Assembly (NCBI GenBank): GCA_965199855.1
Contig: OZ241326.1
Coordinates: forward strand, 864,001 to 928,000
From: a bacterium
GTDB lineage: Bacteria; UBA8248
Length of the DNA: 64,000 bases
Direction of reading: 5' to 3'
The translations under genes and the position numbers were made by a program. Under the pieces are notes generated by a model that was given only the letters and a program-made list of their open reading frames with translations, was not told where the DNA came from and ran no database searches. Below are positions 52,254 to 64,000 of this stretch, in pieces; positions within the stretch are counted from its first letter, which is position 1, and each line of letters starts with the position of its first letter.

Positions 52254-53366
52254 TCAGAACTGGCGCAGCATTCTCAAGTCATTCTCGAAGAAAAGGCGGA
52301 TGTCGCTGATGCCGTATCGAAGCATGGCGATGCGCTCCACGCCCAGGCCCCAGGCGAACCCGCTCCACTTCTCGGGGTCGTAGCCCACGGCCTCGAAGAC
52401 GGCGGGGTCCACCATCCCTGCGCCCAGAACCTCCATCCACTCCCCGCCCGCCAGATATTCGCTGGCGACGTCGACCTCCACGCTCGGCTCCGTGAAGGGG
52501 AAAAAGCTGGGCCGCATCCGCACCCGGTATTCGGGGCCGAAAATCTCGCGTACGAAAGTCTCCAGGGTTCCCTTGAGATCGGCGAGGGTTACGCCCTCGT
52601 CCACGTAGAGGCCCTCGATCTGGTGGAACATGGGCGAGTGCGTGACGTCGGCGTCGCAGCGGAACACCTTGCCGGGGGCGATGATCTTGACGGGCGGGGG
52701 CCGGCTCTCCATCACGCGAATCTGCACGGGCGAGGTGTGCGTGCGCAGCAGGGCGTCGCCCGCCAGATAAAACGTGTCCTGCATGTCGCGGGCCGGATGA
52801 TCCTTGGGAATGTTGAGAGCCTCGAAATTGTAGTAGTCGAGCTCCGCCTCCGGCCCCTCGGCCACGGAATAGCCCAGGCGCGCGAGCACCTCGATCAAAT
52901 CCTCCATGGTCTGCGTCAGCGGGTGTTCGTGGCCGATGAGCGGCGCGCGGCCGGGAATCGTGAGATCAACGCGGGGGCGCGAGGCGGCGGCGACCTCTCC
53001 GGCGGCCAGAATCCCGTCCGCCGTTCGCTTGAGCTTCTCGACCAGCGCCGCGCCCTTCTCCCTTCCCCCGAGCGCCTCGCCGAGGGCGCGGTGCGCTTCG
53101 ACGACTGCTTCCTTCTTCCCCTCCTTGATCGCCGAAACGCTCGCCTCGATGTAGGAGCGAACCGAATTGGCCAGCGAGCCGACGACGCGCTTCTCATCGG
53201 CGGACAAATCCTTCAGGCTCCTCATCACCCCGCTGAGCTCGCCTCCCTTGCGGCCCAGGTAGCGGATGCGTGCGCGCTCGGCCGCCCGCGCGTCGCGCGC
53301 CTCCCACGCCTCGGACACCGCGTCCGATGATTCACGGATGATGTCGAACAGGCGATCCTCGCTCAC
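52254..53366 (-). CDS. pheS: Phenylalanine--tRNA ligase alpha subunit
   Basis: HPARDMQDTF, LRTHTSPVQ, FPFTEPS, GLGVER. Confidence 0.97.
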   Translation of the reverse strand: MSEDRLFDIIRESSDAVSEAWEARDARAAERARIRYLGRKGGELSGVMRSLKDLSADEKRVVGSLANSVRSYIEASVSAIKEGKKEAVVEAHRALGEALGGREKGAALVEKLKRTADGILAAGEVAAASRPRVDLTIPGRAPLIGHEHPLTQTMEDLIEVLARLGYSVAEGPEAELDYYNFEALNIPKDHPARDMQDTFYLAGDALLRTHTSPVQIRVMESRPPPVKIIAPGKVFRCDADVTHSPMFHQIEGLYVDEGVTLADLKGTLETFVREIFGPEYRVRMRPSFFPFTEPSVEVDVASEYLAGGEWMEVLGAGMVDPAVFEAVGYDPEKWSGFAWGLGVERIAMLRYGISDIRLFFENDLRMLRQF

Positions 53367-53420
53367 GCTCTTCCCTTCCGCTTCCCGCCCCGGGAGACCG
53401 CGCGCCGCCGGGGACGCCTA

Positions 53421-53450
53421 TAAAAAAAGCCCCGCCCCGTAGGGCGGAGC
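53421..53450 (-). terminator. Intrinsic terminator after rplT
   Basis: GCTCCGCCC-TACG-GGGCGGGGC followed by T7 on minus strand. Confidence 0.8.
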
Positions 53451-53476
53451 CAGAAGCCGCGTATTCTCGCCCGACC

Positions 53477-53830
53477 TTAAGCCTGCGCCCGGGCGATTTC
53501 CGCCAGCTTGCCGAAAGCCTGGGGGTCGGAGACGGCCAGCTCCGCCAGAATCTTGCGGTTCACCTCCACGCCCGCCTGCCCCAGCCCCCAGATGAAGCGG
53601 CTGTAGTTCAGACCGTGCAGACGCGCCGCCGCGTTGATGCGAACGTTCCAAAGACGCCTGAACTCGCGCTTGCGCGCGCGGCGATCCCGATAGGCGTAGG
53701 CGCGGGCGCGATGGACTGACTCCTTGGCGGAGCGATAGCGCTTCGAGCGCGCGCCCCTGAAGCCCTTCGCCTCCTTCAAAAGCCTGCGATGCCGCTCTCT
53801 GGCGGCCGGTTTTCCTGTCGCGCGCGGCAT
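53477..53830 (-). CDS. rplT: 50S ribosomal protein L20
   Basis: AKGFRG, AYRDRR.RKR.FRRLW..RINAA, NRK.LAELAV. Confidence 0.97.
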   Translation of the reverse strand: MPRATGKPAARERHRRLLKEAKGFRGARSKRYRSAKESVHRARAYAYRDRRARKREFRRLWNVRINAAARLHGLNYSRFIWGLGQAGVEVNRKILAELAVSDPQAFGKLAEIARAQA

Positions 53831-53990
53831 GGTTCGGACGCTCCCCTATGCGGTGTTCTTCCCGAAGTCCACCCGGCGGCCTCGCGCCTCCGCGATGTCA
53901 GGTTTCCGGCCGCCGACCGAGGGAATATACCCGTCCTGCCGAACGACCGCAAGCCCAAAGCGCCAAAAGCGAAAAAGGGGACTGCGCCCC
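53831..53990 (-). promoter_or_regulatory. Terminator-like hairpin, putative promoter and structured leader upstream of rplT
   Basis: GGGGGC-GCA-GTCCCC+TTTTT (53972-53991); TTGCGG-N17-TATATT (53952-53924); CGGCGGCC/GGCCGCCG stem enclosing hairpins. Confidence 0.5.
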
Positions 53991-54024
53991 CCGGCGAAGC
54001 CGCCCGTCCTTCGGTATGCGAGGC

Positions 54025-54222
54025 CTACAGATAGGGCAGCAGCCGCTTGATCATCTTCGCGTCCGTCTGGTTCGCGATGACGCCGTGGCGAAGCTCTCTT
54101 TTTCTCTTCGTCGTCTTCTTCGTCAGAATGTGCCGGTGATGGGAATGGGAGCGCTTCACCTTCCCCGTGGCCGTCAGTTTGAAGCGCTTGGCCGCCCCCC
54201 GGTTCGTCTTCATCTTAGGCAT
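54025..54222 (-). CDS. rpmI: 50S ribosomal protein L35
   Basis: [26 protein letters not shown]. Confidence 0.97.
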   Translation of the reverse strand: MPKMKTNRGAAKRFKLTATGKVKRSHSHHRHILTKKTTKRKRELRHGVIANQTDAKMIKRLLPYL

Positions 54223-54943
54223 CTTCTTTCGCTTCTCCTTCAGGCTGCGCGTCATCGGCCCCCTCGGCCGGGCCGCGTTCGATTCCCGCCTTCTCGAGCG
54301 CCTCCGCCAGAGGGGTCGTCGGCTCCTCCCCGGCGCCCGGAGCGTCCGTCCTCCTGCCCGGCTTCTTCTTGGGCGTTGTATCTCTCCTGGGCGGCTTTGT
54401 CGATTTCGGCGCGAGCACCATCGTCATGTTGCGGCCCTCCAGGTTCGGGAACTGCTCCACCGCGCCGATTTCCAGCAGGTCGTTCGCCATGCGCTCCAGG
54501 AGCTTTCTGCCCAGCTCCGGGTGCGTCACCTCGCGCCCGCGAAACATGATGGTGACCTTCGCCTTGTTGCCGTCGTTCAGAAACCGCTCCGCGTGCCGCT
54601 TCTTGATCGCGTAGTCGTGCTCCTCAATCTTGATGCGCAGCTTGACCTCCTTCACCTCCACCACGCGCTGCTTTTTCTTGGCCTCCTGCGCCTTCTTCTG
54701 CTGGGTGTATTTGTAGCGGCCGAGATCCATGATTTTGCAGACGGGCGGATCCGCGTTGGGAGACACCTCCACCAGATCCAGGTCCCTCTCCTCGGCGGCC
54801 TCCACCGCCTCCTCCACCGGGAGGACGCCGAGCTGCTGCCCCTCCTCGTCGATGACCCTCACCATCGGAACGCGGATGTCCCGGTTCGCTCTGGGCCCGG
54901 TGGCCGTCGGGTGGATGTCCCGCCCTCGGAAGCGCGAGGCCAT
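54215..54943 (-). CDS. infC: Translation initiation factor IF-3 with C-terminal extension
   Basis: [35 protein letters not shown]; start uncertain. Confidence 0.95.
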   Translation of the reverse strand: MASRFRGRDIHPTATGPRANRDIRVPMVRVIDEEGQQLGVLPVEEAVEAAEERDLDLVEVSPNADPPVCKIMDLGRYKYTQQKKAQEAKKKQRVVEVKEVKLRIKIEEHDYAIKKRHAERFLNDGNKAKVTIMFRGREVTHPELGRKLLERMANDLLEIGAVEQFPNLEGRNMTMVLAPKSTKPPRRDTTPKKKPGRRTDAPGAGEEPTTPLAEALEKAGIERGPAEGADDAQPEGEAKEDA

Positions 54944-54944
54944 G

Positions 54945-56822
54945 TCAGAGCGTTCCCGCGGCGAGCGATTTGCTCTCGACGTCGTTTCGCATTCTCTCCA
55001 TCAACTCCTCCAGTGAAATGGAACCCGCCTCGCCCCGCTCCCGGAGCCTGAGCGCGACCTCGCCGGCCTCGGCCTCGCGGGAGCCCACGACGAGCATATA
55101 CGGCACCTTGTCTCTCTGGGCTTCCCTGATCTTATACCCTATCTTCTCGTTTCGGAAATCCCCCTCCGCCCGAAAGCCGGCGGCGAGCAGCTTCCGCTCC
55201 ACCTCGCGCCCGTAGGGGACGTGGGCGTCGGTGATCGTCATGACGCGCGCCTGCTCGGGCGCGAGCCACGGCGGAAACGCGCCGGCGTAGTGCTCGAGCA
55301 GTCCGCCCACGAAGCGCTCCATCGACCCCATGACGGTTCGGTGAATCATGACGACCTTGTGGCGCGCGCCGTCCGCGCCGACGTAGTTGAGATCGAAGCG
55401 CTTCGGCAGGTTGAAGTCGAACTGAATGGTGGGGCCCTGCCAGCCCCGCCCGAGGGCGTCGCGCATCTTGATGTCGATTTTCGGCCCATAGAACGCCGCC
55501 TCGCCCTCGATGCGCTTGTAGGCGATGCCGCGCTTCTCGAGCGCAGCGCGCAGCGCCGCCTCCGCCGCCTCCCAGTCCTCGGCCACGCCCGCGTATTTGC
55601 TGAAATCGGAAGGATCATGTACGGAGAGCTCGGTCTCGAAATCATCGTAGCCGTAGGTTCCGAGCATGAAGTGCGCCAGGTCGATGACGCCCAGCACCTC
55701 CTCCTCCGCCTGCTCCGGCGTGCAGAAGATGTGCGCGTCGTCCTGGGTGAAGCCCCGCACCCGGAGCATTCCGTGCAGCGCGCCGCTGCGCTCGTAGCGA
55801 TAGACCGTGCCCAGCTCCGCCAGGCGGTAGGGCAGATCGCGGTAGCTGTGGATCTTCTGCTGATAGATCAGGATGTGGCCCGGGCAGTTCATGGGCTTCA
55901 GGACGTATTCATCCTCGTCGATGTTCAGGACATACATGTTCTCGCGGTAAAAATCATAATGCCCCGAGGTCCTGAAGAGAGCGTCCCGCGCGATGTGGGG
56001 GATGGAGACGAGCCGGTAGCCGCGCTTGACGTGCTCGTCCTCCCAGAAGCGCTCGATCACCTTTTTTACCACGGCGCCCCTGGGCTGCCAGTAAATCAGG
56101 CCGCCTCCCGCGTCCTCATCGACCAGGAATATGCCGAGCTGCCTGCCGAGGAGACGATGATCCCGCCTCCGGGCGTCCTCCAGGTTCCGGAGGTGGGCGT
56201 CCAGGGCCTCCTTCGTGCCGAAGGCGGTGCCGTAGATGCGCTGGAGCATCTTGTTTTTCTCGTCGCCGCGCCAGTAGGCGCCCGCCACGCTCAGGAGCTT
56301 GAAATTCCTCAGCATTCCCGTGCTGGGCGCGTGCGGCCCCCGGCACAGATCCACGAAATCGCCCTGGCGGTAGATGGAAAGCGCCTCGTCTTCGGGCAAT
56401 TCGCGGATCATCTCGAGCTTGTAACTCTCACCCCTTTCCCCGAAAAGGGCCAGCGCGTCCGCCCGGGAGATATCCTCGCGCCGGATGGCGTATCTTCTGC
56501 CGGCGAGCTTCTTCATCCTCCCCTCGATTTTCTTCAGGTCATCGGGGGTGAACGCGGCGTCGACGTCGACGTCGTAGTAGAACCCGCTTTCGATGGGAGG
56601 GCCGATGGCAAGCCGCGCGCCCGGGTAGAGCTCCCGCACCGCCTGCGCCATGAGGTGCGCCGTGCTGTGGCGCAGAATCTCAAGCCCCTCCTCGGAGTCG
56701 AGGGAGATGAACTCCGGCCGGGCGTCGCCGGGGAGGTCGCGATTCAGATCAACGGCCGCGCCGTCAAGCCTGAGCGCGATGGCGTCTTCGGGGAAATCTT
56801 TCCGGTCGGCTGGCTGGGACAT
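54945..56822 (-). CDS. thrS: Threonine--tRNA ligase
   Basis: RHSTAH, DLCRGPH, GAYWRG, RDHR, KPMNCPGH, RVRGFTQDDAH. Confidence 0.98.
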   Translation of the reverse strand: MSQPADRKDFPEDAIALRLDGAAVDLNRDLPGDARPEFISLDSEEGLEILRHSTAHLMAQAVRELYPGARLAIGPPIESGFYYDVDVDAAFTPDDLKKIEGRMKKLAGRRYAIRREDISRADALALFGERGESYKLEMIRELPEDEALSIYRQGDFVDLCRGPHAPSTGMLRNFKLLSVAGAYWRGDEKNKMLQRIYGTAFGTKEALDAHLRNLEDARRRDHRLLGRQLGIFLVDEDAGGGLIYWQPRGAVVKKVIERFWEDEHVKRGYRLVSIPHIARDALFRTSGHYDFYRENMYVLNIDEDEYVLKPMNCPGHILIYQQKIHSYRDLPYRLAELGTVYRYERSGALHGMLRVRGFTQDDAHIFCTPEQAEEEVLGVIDLAHFMLGTYGYDDFETELSVHDPSDFSKYAGVAEDWEAAEAALRAALEKRGIAYKRIEGEAAFYGPKIDIKMRDALGRGWQGPTIQFDFNLPKRFDLNYVGADGARHKVVMIHRTVMGSMERFVGGLLEHYAGAFPPWLAPEQARVMTITDAHVPYGREVERKLLAAGFRAEGDFRNEKIGYKIREAQRDKVPYMLVVGSREAEAGEVALRLRERGEAGSISLEELMERMRNDVESKSLAAGTL

Positions 56823-56915
56823 AAACGGGCGTTTGCTGGCGCCGCAACTCCTTTTAGGCTACTCGAGTCATCATTCCCCGCGATGCGGCGGCGCGCCCCA
56901 TCGCTCGAGCCGTCA

Positions 56916-56990
56916 TGGTAGGCGCGGGCGGTTTTGAACCGCCGACCTCTTGCGTGTCAAGCAAGCGCTCTCCCCCTGAGCTACGCGCCT
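56916..56990 (-). tRNA. tRNA-Val(GAC)
   Basis: AGGCGCGTAGCTCAG...CTTGC-TTGACAC-GCAAG...GGTTCAAAACC...CGCGCCTACCA cloverleaf with encoded CCA. Confidence 0.95.
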
Positions 56991-57146
56991 TCGCCTGCAT
57001 CGTGAAATGATAGGAAGCGCTCCCCGCCTTGTCAACGCGCCCACCGACGAAGACGAGAGAGACAATTTTCGGGAAAACGGCGGCCTCCCGCAGCGCGCCG
57101 CCGGACCCGCGCGGCCCGTTCGTCGAACCGGACGCGGGAGGATGGC

Positions 57147-58388
<1,242 letters not shown>

Positions 58389-58446
58389 CGACCGTTCCTC
58401 CCTCGGGGCAGAGCGCTTCCTGATCCGGCGAAAAGCCGGCTCCCGC

Positions 58447-59097
58447 CTAGGAGCCGTTGCTCTCCTGGTTCTTGGCGTTCTCGCCCCCGGCGGACGGCCT
58501 GGCGTCCGACGAATCCGTGCGCGAGACGATCACCGCGTCGAGCAGGCCGTAGTCCTTCGCCTGCTCCGCCGTCATAAAGTTATCACGATCCGTGTCCTTT
58601 TCAATCCTGTCGAGCGGCTGGCCGGTGTGCCTCGCGAGAATCTCGTTGAGCTCCTCGCGCATCCGCAGAATCTCGCGCGCCTGAATGTCGATGTCGGTCG
58701 CCTGTCCCTGCACGCCGCCCAGGGGCTGGTGGATGAGGATGCGCGAGTTGGGCAGGGCGTAGCGCTTGCCCCTGGCGCCCGCCGTCAGCAGGAGCGCGCC
58801 CATGCTCGCCGCCTGGCCGATGCAGATGGTGGACACGTCGGGGTTGATGTATTGGATCGTGTCGTAGATGGCGAGGCCCGCCGTCACGGAGCCCCCCGGG
58901 CTGTTGACGTACATGGCGATGTCCCGATCCGGCTCCTCCGCCTCCAGGAAGAGGAGCTGGGCCGTCACGAGGTTCGCTATGTAGTCGTCTATCGCCGTGC
59001 CCAGAAAGATGATTCTCTCCTTGAGCAGGCGGCTGTAGATGTCATACGCCCGCTCGCCGCGGTTCGTCTGTTCCACCACCATGGGTATGAGAGCCAC
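58447..59097 (-). CDS. clpP: ATP-dependent Clp protease proteolytic subunit
   Basis: DIYSRLL, NSPGG, AASMG, IHQP, RDNFM. Confidence 0.98.
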   Translation of the reverse strand: MALIPMVVEQTNRGERAYDIYSRLLKERIIFLGTAIDDYIANLVTAQLLFLEAEEPDRDIAMYVNSPGGSVTAGLAIYDTIQYINPDVSTICIGQAASMGALLLTAGARGKRYALPNSRILIHQPLGGVQGQATDIDIQAREILRMREELNEILARHTGQPLDRIEKDTDRDNFMTAEQAKDYGLLDAVIVSRTDSSDARPSAGGENAKNQESNGS

Positions 59098-59100
59098 TGT

Positions 59101-60486
59101 CTATCCATCCTCTTTGGAATCGCCGCCGGGGGAGGGCTTCTCGCCGGCGCCTTCGTCCGGGCCGCGAGAACCCTCCCCATGCTCGCCGTGTTCGGCGGCG
59201 TCGTGAACGTCGAACTCCACGTCGGCGCGCTCGTAGAGCCACTCCACCGTCTTGTTGTAGTTGATGCTCGAGACGAGCGAGGCCATCGCCCCGGTCGTCA
59301 GCATCCTCTGCCTGAGTTTCTCGGGCGTCATGCCGTAGCGCGCGGCCGAGAGGTCGATCTGCGCCTGAACCTCCTCGGCGCCCGCCTCGATTCCCTCCGC
59401 CTCCCGAATGCGCTCGACCAGAATGCGCCGGCGCGCGCGCTCCTCGGCCTCGGGTCTCGCCTCTTCGCGCAACTCCTCGATTTTCGCCTCCGAGAGCCGA
59501 ACGTCGGGGTTCTCCTGGCGGAGCCTGCGCTCGTATTCCCGAATCTGCTCGTCCGCCTCTCCCCGCACCAGCGTGGGCGGCGCCTCGAAGGGATGCGCCT
59601 CCAGCAGCGCGCCCAGGAGCTCCGAGATTCCCTGGCGGCGCGCGTTCGCGTCCTCCATGGATTCCATCTCCCTCGCGACGTCCGCCCTCAAGTCCGCCGC
59701 GCTCGCGTAGCCGCGCCCCAGGGACTTGACGAAATCCTCATCCAGCGCGGGCGGATGCGCCTCCTTCACCTCCTTGAGACGGAGCCGGAACGTCAGCCGC
59801 CTGCCGGCGATGCCGGGCGCGGCGTTCTGAGGAACGTCGATCTCTATCTCCTTCTCCTCCCCGCCCCTCATGCCCGTGAGCGCGTCGCCCAGCTCCTTCT
59901 CGCTCTCGTCGCTCCCTATCATCAGCGCCTGGCTCTCCCCCCGGGTGCCGGGGACGGCCTCCCCGTTCTCGAAGCCCTCGATGTCGAAAAGAACATAGTC
60001 TCCGCTCCGCGCCTCCCTGTCCACGTCCTCGAAGGCGGCGGCCCGCTGGCGGAGCGCCTCGATCTGCTCCTCGACCATCTCCTCCGTCACCGCGTGGCGA
60101 TGAACCTTCACCTTGAGCCCCGCGTATCGCCCGAGCTCGAAGGGGGGGACGACCTCCACCGTCGCCTTGAAGGTGAGCTCCGGCGCGTCCTCCTCCATCC
60201 GGATGTCGCTCACGTTCGGCTCGCCCACCGGGCGCATCCCCTTGTCCTCGAGAATCCTTCGGTAGGAAGCGGATATCACGTAGTTCAGCACCTCCGCCCG
60301 CACCTCTTCGCCGTAGTAGCGCTCGAGCACGCGGCGCGGAACTTTCCCCTTCCTGAAGCCTTTTATCTTCACGCGCCCCGAGAGGCGCCTGTAGGCGCGC
60401 TCGGTCTCCTCGGCGACCTCCGCGCGCGGAACGGCGACCTCCAGCCGCTTCGTGCAGGCGTCGACGTCGCTCACGGTGCCCGTCAT
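59101..60486 (-). CDS. tig: Trigger factor
   Basis: GFRKGKVP ribosome-binding motif; upstream of clpP-clpX. Confidence 0.95.
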   Translation of the reverse strand: MTGTVSDVDACTKRLEVAVPRAEVAEETERAYRRLSGRVKIKGFRKGKVPRRVLERYYGEEVRAEVLNYVISASYRRILEDKGMRPVGEPNVSDIRMEEDAPELTFKATVEVVPPFELGRYAGLKVKVHRHAVTEEMVEEQIEALRQRAAAFEDVDREARSGDYVLFDIEGFENGEAVPGTRGESQALMIGSDESEKELGDALTGMRGGEEKEIEIDVPQNAAPGIAGRRLTFRLRLKEVKEAHPPALDEDFVKSLGRGYASAADLRADVAREMESMEDANARRQGISELLGALLEAHPFEAPPTLVRGEADEQIREYERRLRQENPDVRLSEAKIEELREEARPEAEERARRRILVERIREAEGIEAGAEEVQAQIDLSAARYGMTPEKLRQRMLTTGAMASLVSSINYNKTVEWLYERADVEFDVHDAAEHGEHGEGSRGPDEGAGEKPSPGGDSKEDG

Positions 60487-60543
60487 TCCCCACTCCCCGG
60501 AATCAAGGTCAAACCTGAACGGCGTGAAAGCGGGCGCAGCCTC

Positions 60544-60628
60544 TGGTGCGAAGGGGGGGACTCGAACCCCCACGCCCGAAGGCACTGGAACCTAAATCCA
60601 GCGCGTCTGCCAGTTCCGCCACCCTCGC
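60544..60628 (-). tRNA. tRNA-Leu(TAG)
   Basis: GCGAGGGTGGCGGAACTGGCAGACGCG-CTGGA-TTTAGGT-TCCAG, long variable arm, GGTTCGAGTCC, CCA end. Confidence 0.95.
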
Positions 60629-60829
60629 ATCCCGCCGGCGAACAAGGGGTTGCGCCGTCCGGAAAGCCCCCTCCAACTCCCCGCCCGTGAAGAGGACGAA
60701 GGCGAAAGGCTCCCCGGCCGGGATTTCGCGCCCCCCAATCTAGTCGCGCGGCTCCCGGCCGTCAACGGCGAGACGGGACGAGACGGCCCGTCCGGACGCG
60801 AGACCGGCGCGGAAGCGAAAATCGGGGCT

Positions 60830-63800
60830 TCAGGGGGAGCGGCGTCCGAGGGGCGTCGCGCTCGCCGCCGCCTTCTCCTCCTCGCCGCGCGTCGGGCGGG
60901 AGACCTCGTAGTTCAGGGAGGAAGCGAGCCATTTCTCGATGAAGGCGGGCTCCATGCCCTTCCTGCGGGCGTAGTCGCGCGCCTGATCGCGCCCGATTTT
61001 GCCCACGCCGAAATAGCGCGCCTCGGGATGGGCGAAATACCACCCGCTCACCGAGGCGGCGGGCAGCATGGCGAAGCTCTCCGTGAGGCTCACGCCCGCG
61101 CGCCCCTGCGGGTCGATGAGGTCGAGGAGCGTCTGCTTCTCGGTGTGGTCGGGACACGCGGGGTAGCCGGGCGCGGGGCGGATGCCCCGGTATCTCTCCT
61201 TGATGAACGCCTCGTTGTCCAGCCCCTCTTCTTTCGCGTATCCCCAGAACTCCTTGCGGACGCGCTCGTGAAGCCGCTCGGCGAACGCCTCGGCCAGCCT
61301 GTCGGCCAGCGCCTTCACCATGATGGCGCCGTAGTCGTCGTTCGCCCGCTCGCGCGCCCGCGCCGCCTCGTCCGCCCCCAGGCCCGCCGTCACCACGAAG
61401 GCGCCCAGGTAGTCCGCCGCGCCGCTCTCCTTCGGCGCCACGAAATCCGCCAGGCAAAGGTTCGCGCCGGCGGGGGCCTTCCTCATCTGCTGGCGCATGA
61501 AGCGGGCGACGGCGAGCGTCTCGCTCCTGGATGAATCGGCGTAAATCTCCACGTCGTCGCCCACGGAATTCGCCGGAAACAGCCCCACGGCTCCCCTGGC
61601 CCTCAGCATCCGCCGATCGATGACGCGCTCGAGCATGTCCTGCGCGTCCCGGTAGAGGCTCTGCGCGGCTTCGCCCACCATCGGGTCCTTGAAAATCGCG
61701 GGATACGCGCCGCTCAGCTCCCAGGTGCGGAAAAAGGGCGTCCAGTCGATGCGGTCCCGCAGATCGGCCAAGGGGTAGTCCTCGAAAAACTCGACCCCCT
61801 CGAGGTTCGGCCTGGCGACGGCGTCCCAATGGATTCGCAGGCGATTCCCGCGCGCCTCCTCCAGTGAGCAGAACGCCGCCTGGGCGCGCCCCGCCTCGTG
61901 ACGCGCCTGCAAGCCCTCATACTCCTCGCGCCGCGCCCGTATGAAATCCGCCTTCAGGGCGTCGCTCATAAGATGCCCCATCACGCCCACGCTCCTCGAC
62001 GCGTCCTCCACGTAGACCGTAGGCCCGCTGTAGTTCGGCGCGATCTTGACGGCGGTGTGCGCCCTGGAAGTCGTCGCGCCCCCGATGAGGAGGGGGATAT
62101 CGAAGCCCAGGCGCTCCATCTCGCCCGCCACGTGCGCCATCTCATCGAGCGAGGGGGTGATGAGGCCGCTCAGGCCGATGACGTCCGCTCCCTCCTCGCG
62201 CGCGGTCTCCAGAATCCTCGCGCACGGGGCCATGACGCCCAAATCGACGACCTCGTAGTTGTTGCACTGAAGCACGACGCCCACGATGTTCTTGCCGATG
62301 TCGTGAACGTCGCCCTTCACCGTGGCCAGGAGCGCCTTCCCGTTCGAGCGCCCCGCGCCCGCCTCCTTTTCGGCTTCCAGAAAGGGGACCAGGTGGGCGA
62401 CGGCGGTCTTCATCACCCGGGCGCTCTTCACCACCTGGGGCAGGAACATCTTCCCCGAGCCGAACAGATCGCCCACGACGTTCATCCCGTCCATGAGGGG
62501 GCCTTCGATCACCTCGATGGGACGCGCGGAGGCCAGGCGGGCCTCCTCGGCATCCTCCACGACGTATTGCGTAATCCCCTTGACCAGGGCGTGGGCCAGA
62601 CGCTCGGCCACCGGCCGCTCGCGCCAGGCGAGGTCCTCAACGCGGGATTTGGCCTGCCCCTTCACCGCGTCGGCCACCTCGAGCAGGCGATCGGTGGCGT
62701 CCGGCCGGCGGTTCAGGAGCACGTCCTCGACCCGTTCGAGCAGATCCGCCGGAATTTCCTGGTACACCGCCAGCTGGCCCGCGTTCACGATGCCCATGTC
62801 CATTCCGCTCTTGACGGCGTGGTAGAGGAACGCGGCGTGCATGGCCTCGCGCACGCCGTCGTTTCCCCGGAAGGAGAAGGAGACGTTGCTCACGCCCCCG
62901 CTCACGAGCGCGCCCGGAAGCTCCGCCTTGATGCGCCGGACGGCCTCGAAATAGGCCGCGGCGTATTCGCCGTGCTCCTCGATGCCCGTGGCGACGGCGA
63001 AGATGTTGGGGTCGAAGATGACGTCGTTCGGCGCGAAGCCCACCTCGCGCGTCAGAATCCCGTAGGCGCGCCTGCATATCTCGAGCTTCCGCCCGGCGGT
63101 CTCCGCCTGCCCCTCCTCGTCGAAGGCCATCACGAGAACGGCCGCGCCGTAGCGCTTCACCAGCCGCGCCTGCTCGATGAAGGGCGCCTCCCCCTCCTTC
63201 AGGCTGATGGAGTTGACGATGGGCCTGCCCTGGAGGCATTTCAGCCCCGCCTCGAGGACCTCCCACCTCGAGGAGTCGATCATCACCGGCACGCGGCTGA
63301 TGTCGGGCTCGGACGCGATGAGCCGCAGGAAGGCGGCCATCGCCTCCTCGGAGTCGAGCATCCCCTCGTCCATGTTCACGTCGATGATCTGCGCCCCGCC
63401 CCGCACCTGCTGGCGCGCGACTTCGAGCGCCTTCTCGTAGTCCCCCTCCCGAATCAGCCTGGCGAAGCGCGCCGAGCCCGCCACGTTGGTGCGCTCGCCC
63501 ACGTTCACGAAACCCGTATCGGGCCCGATGTTCATCGGCTCGAGGCCGCTGAGGCGGCACCGGGGCGGAATTTCCGGAATCCGGCGCGGGGCGAAGCCCT
63601 CCACCGCCTCCCGAATCGCTCGAATGTGGGCGGGCGTGGTGCCGCAGCAGCCGCCCACCAGGTTCAGAAAGCCGCTCCGCGCGAATTCGCCGAGCACCTC
63701 CGCCATGAGTTCGGGCGTGTCGTCGTATTCGCCGAACTCGTTGGGAAGACCCGCGTTGGGGTGCACGCTCACCGGCGCGTCCGCCACGCGGGAGAGCTCC

Positions 63801-64000
63801 CGGACGTAGGGGCGGAGATCGCCCGCGCCCAGGGCGCAGTTCAGCCCGACGCTCATGGGCCGGTAGCCCGCGACGGAGTTCCAGAACGCCTCGGTCGTCT
63901 GGCCGGAGAGGGTGCGGCCGCTCGCGTCCGTGATGGTTCCCGAAACCATGACGGGAACGCGCTCCCCCAGGGACTCGAAGAGCTCCTCCAGCGCGAACAG
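60830..64000 (-). CDS. metH: Cobalamin-dependent methionine synthase (5' end outside window)
   Basis: [28 protein letters not shown]12 motif, [12 protein letters not shown]. Confidence 0.97.
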   Translation of the reverse strand: MFALEELFESLGERVPVMVSGTITDASGRTLSGQTTEAFWNSVAGYRPMSVGLNCALGAGDLRPYVRELSRVADAPVSVHPNAGLPNEFGEYDDTPELMAEVLGEFARSGFLNLVGGCCGTTPAHIRAIREAVEGFAPRRIPEIPPRCRLSGLEPMNIGPDTGFVNVGERTNVAGSARFARLIREGDYEKALEVARQQVRGGAQIIDVNMDEGMLDSEEAMAAFLRLIASEPDISRVPVMIDSSRWEVLEAGLKCLQGRPIVNSISLKEGEAPFIEQARLVKRYGAAVLVMAFDEEGQAETAGRKLEICRRAYGILTREVGFAPNDVIFDPNIFAVATGIEEHGEYAAAYFEAVRRIKAELPGALVSGGVSNVSFSFRGNDGVREAMHAAFLYHAVKSGMDMGIVNAGQLAVYQEIPADLLERVEDVLLNRRPDATDRLLEVADAVKGQAKSRVEDLAWRERPVAERLAHALVKGITQYVVEDAEEARLASARPIEVIEGPLMDGMNVVGDLFGSGKMFLPQVVKSARVMKTAVAHLVPFLEAEKEAGAGRSNGKALLATVKGDVHDIGKNIVGVVLQCNNYEVVDLGVMAPCARILETAREEGADVIGLSGLITPSLDEMAHVAGEMERLGFDIPLLIGGATTSRAHTAVKIAPNYSGPTVYVEDASRSVGVMGHLMSDALKADFIRARREEYEGLQARHEAGRAQAAFCSLEEARGNRLRIHWDAVARPNLEGVEFFEDYPLADLRDRIDWTPFFRTWELSGAYPAIFKDPMVGEAAQSLYRDAQDMLERVIDRRMLRARGAVGLFPANSVGDDVEIYADSSRSETLAVARFMRQQMRKAPAGANLCLADFVAPKESGAADYLGAFVVTAGLGADEAARARERANDDYGAIMVKALADRLAEAFAERLHERVRKEFWGYAKEEGLDNEAFIKERYRGIRPAPGYPACPDHTEKQTLLDLIDPQGRAGVSLTESFAMLPAASVSGWYFAHPEARYFGVGKIGRDQARDYARRKGMEPAFIEKWLASSLNYEVSRPTRGEEEKAAASATPLGRRSP

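Overview
High-GC bacterial chromosome segment. The ymdB-rny-ygfA-6S-zapA synteny, split methylmalonyl-CoA mutase and EF-G paralog suggest a Deltaproteobacteria/Nitrospinota-like lineage (inference only). Most of the window is housekeeping: dtd-DUF2400-nadK-recN, acs, thiSGE, bioA, pyrE, mlaEDC, alaS, mcm, ymdB-rny-ygfA-ssrS-zapAB, thrS-infC-rpmI-rplT-pheST, tig-clpP-clpX, tRNA-Val(GAC), tRNA-Leu(TAG) and metH (cut by the window edge). Three visibly lower-GC inserts carry no integrase or transposase. (1) An HsdR_N nuclease with a SeqA-like C-terminus sits between REP-like palindrome clusters. (2) A stand-alone thymidylate-kinase-like/NUDIX fusion lies next to pyrE. (3) The best candidate for an undescribed system is a DndC-like gene with no dndA/B/D/E in the window. 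It is translationally coupled to a DUF262-DUF1524 (GmrSD/SspE-like) nuclease and followed by ParB, a ParB-HTH-only protein and a beta-CASP nuclease. Features the ORF track misses: a UGSC selenoprotein read through UGA with a SECIS-like hairpin, tandem NrdR-box-like operators upstream of a small unknown ORF, and a terminator, promoter and structured leader between rpmI and rplT. All family assignments come from motif recognition by eye; no database searches were run.
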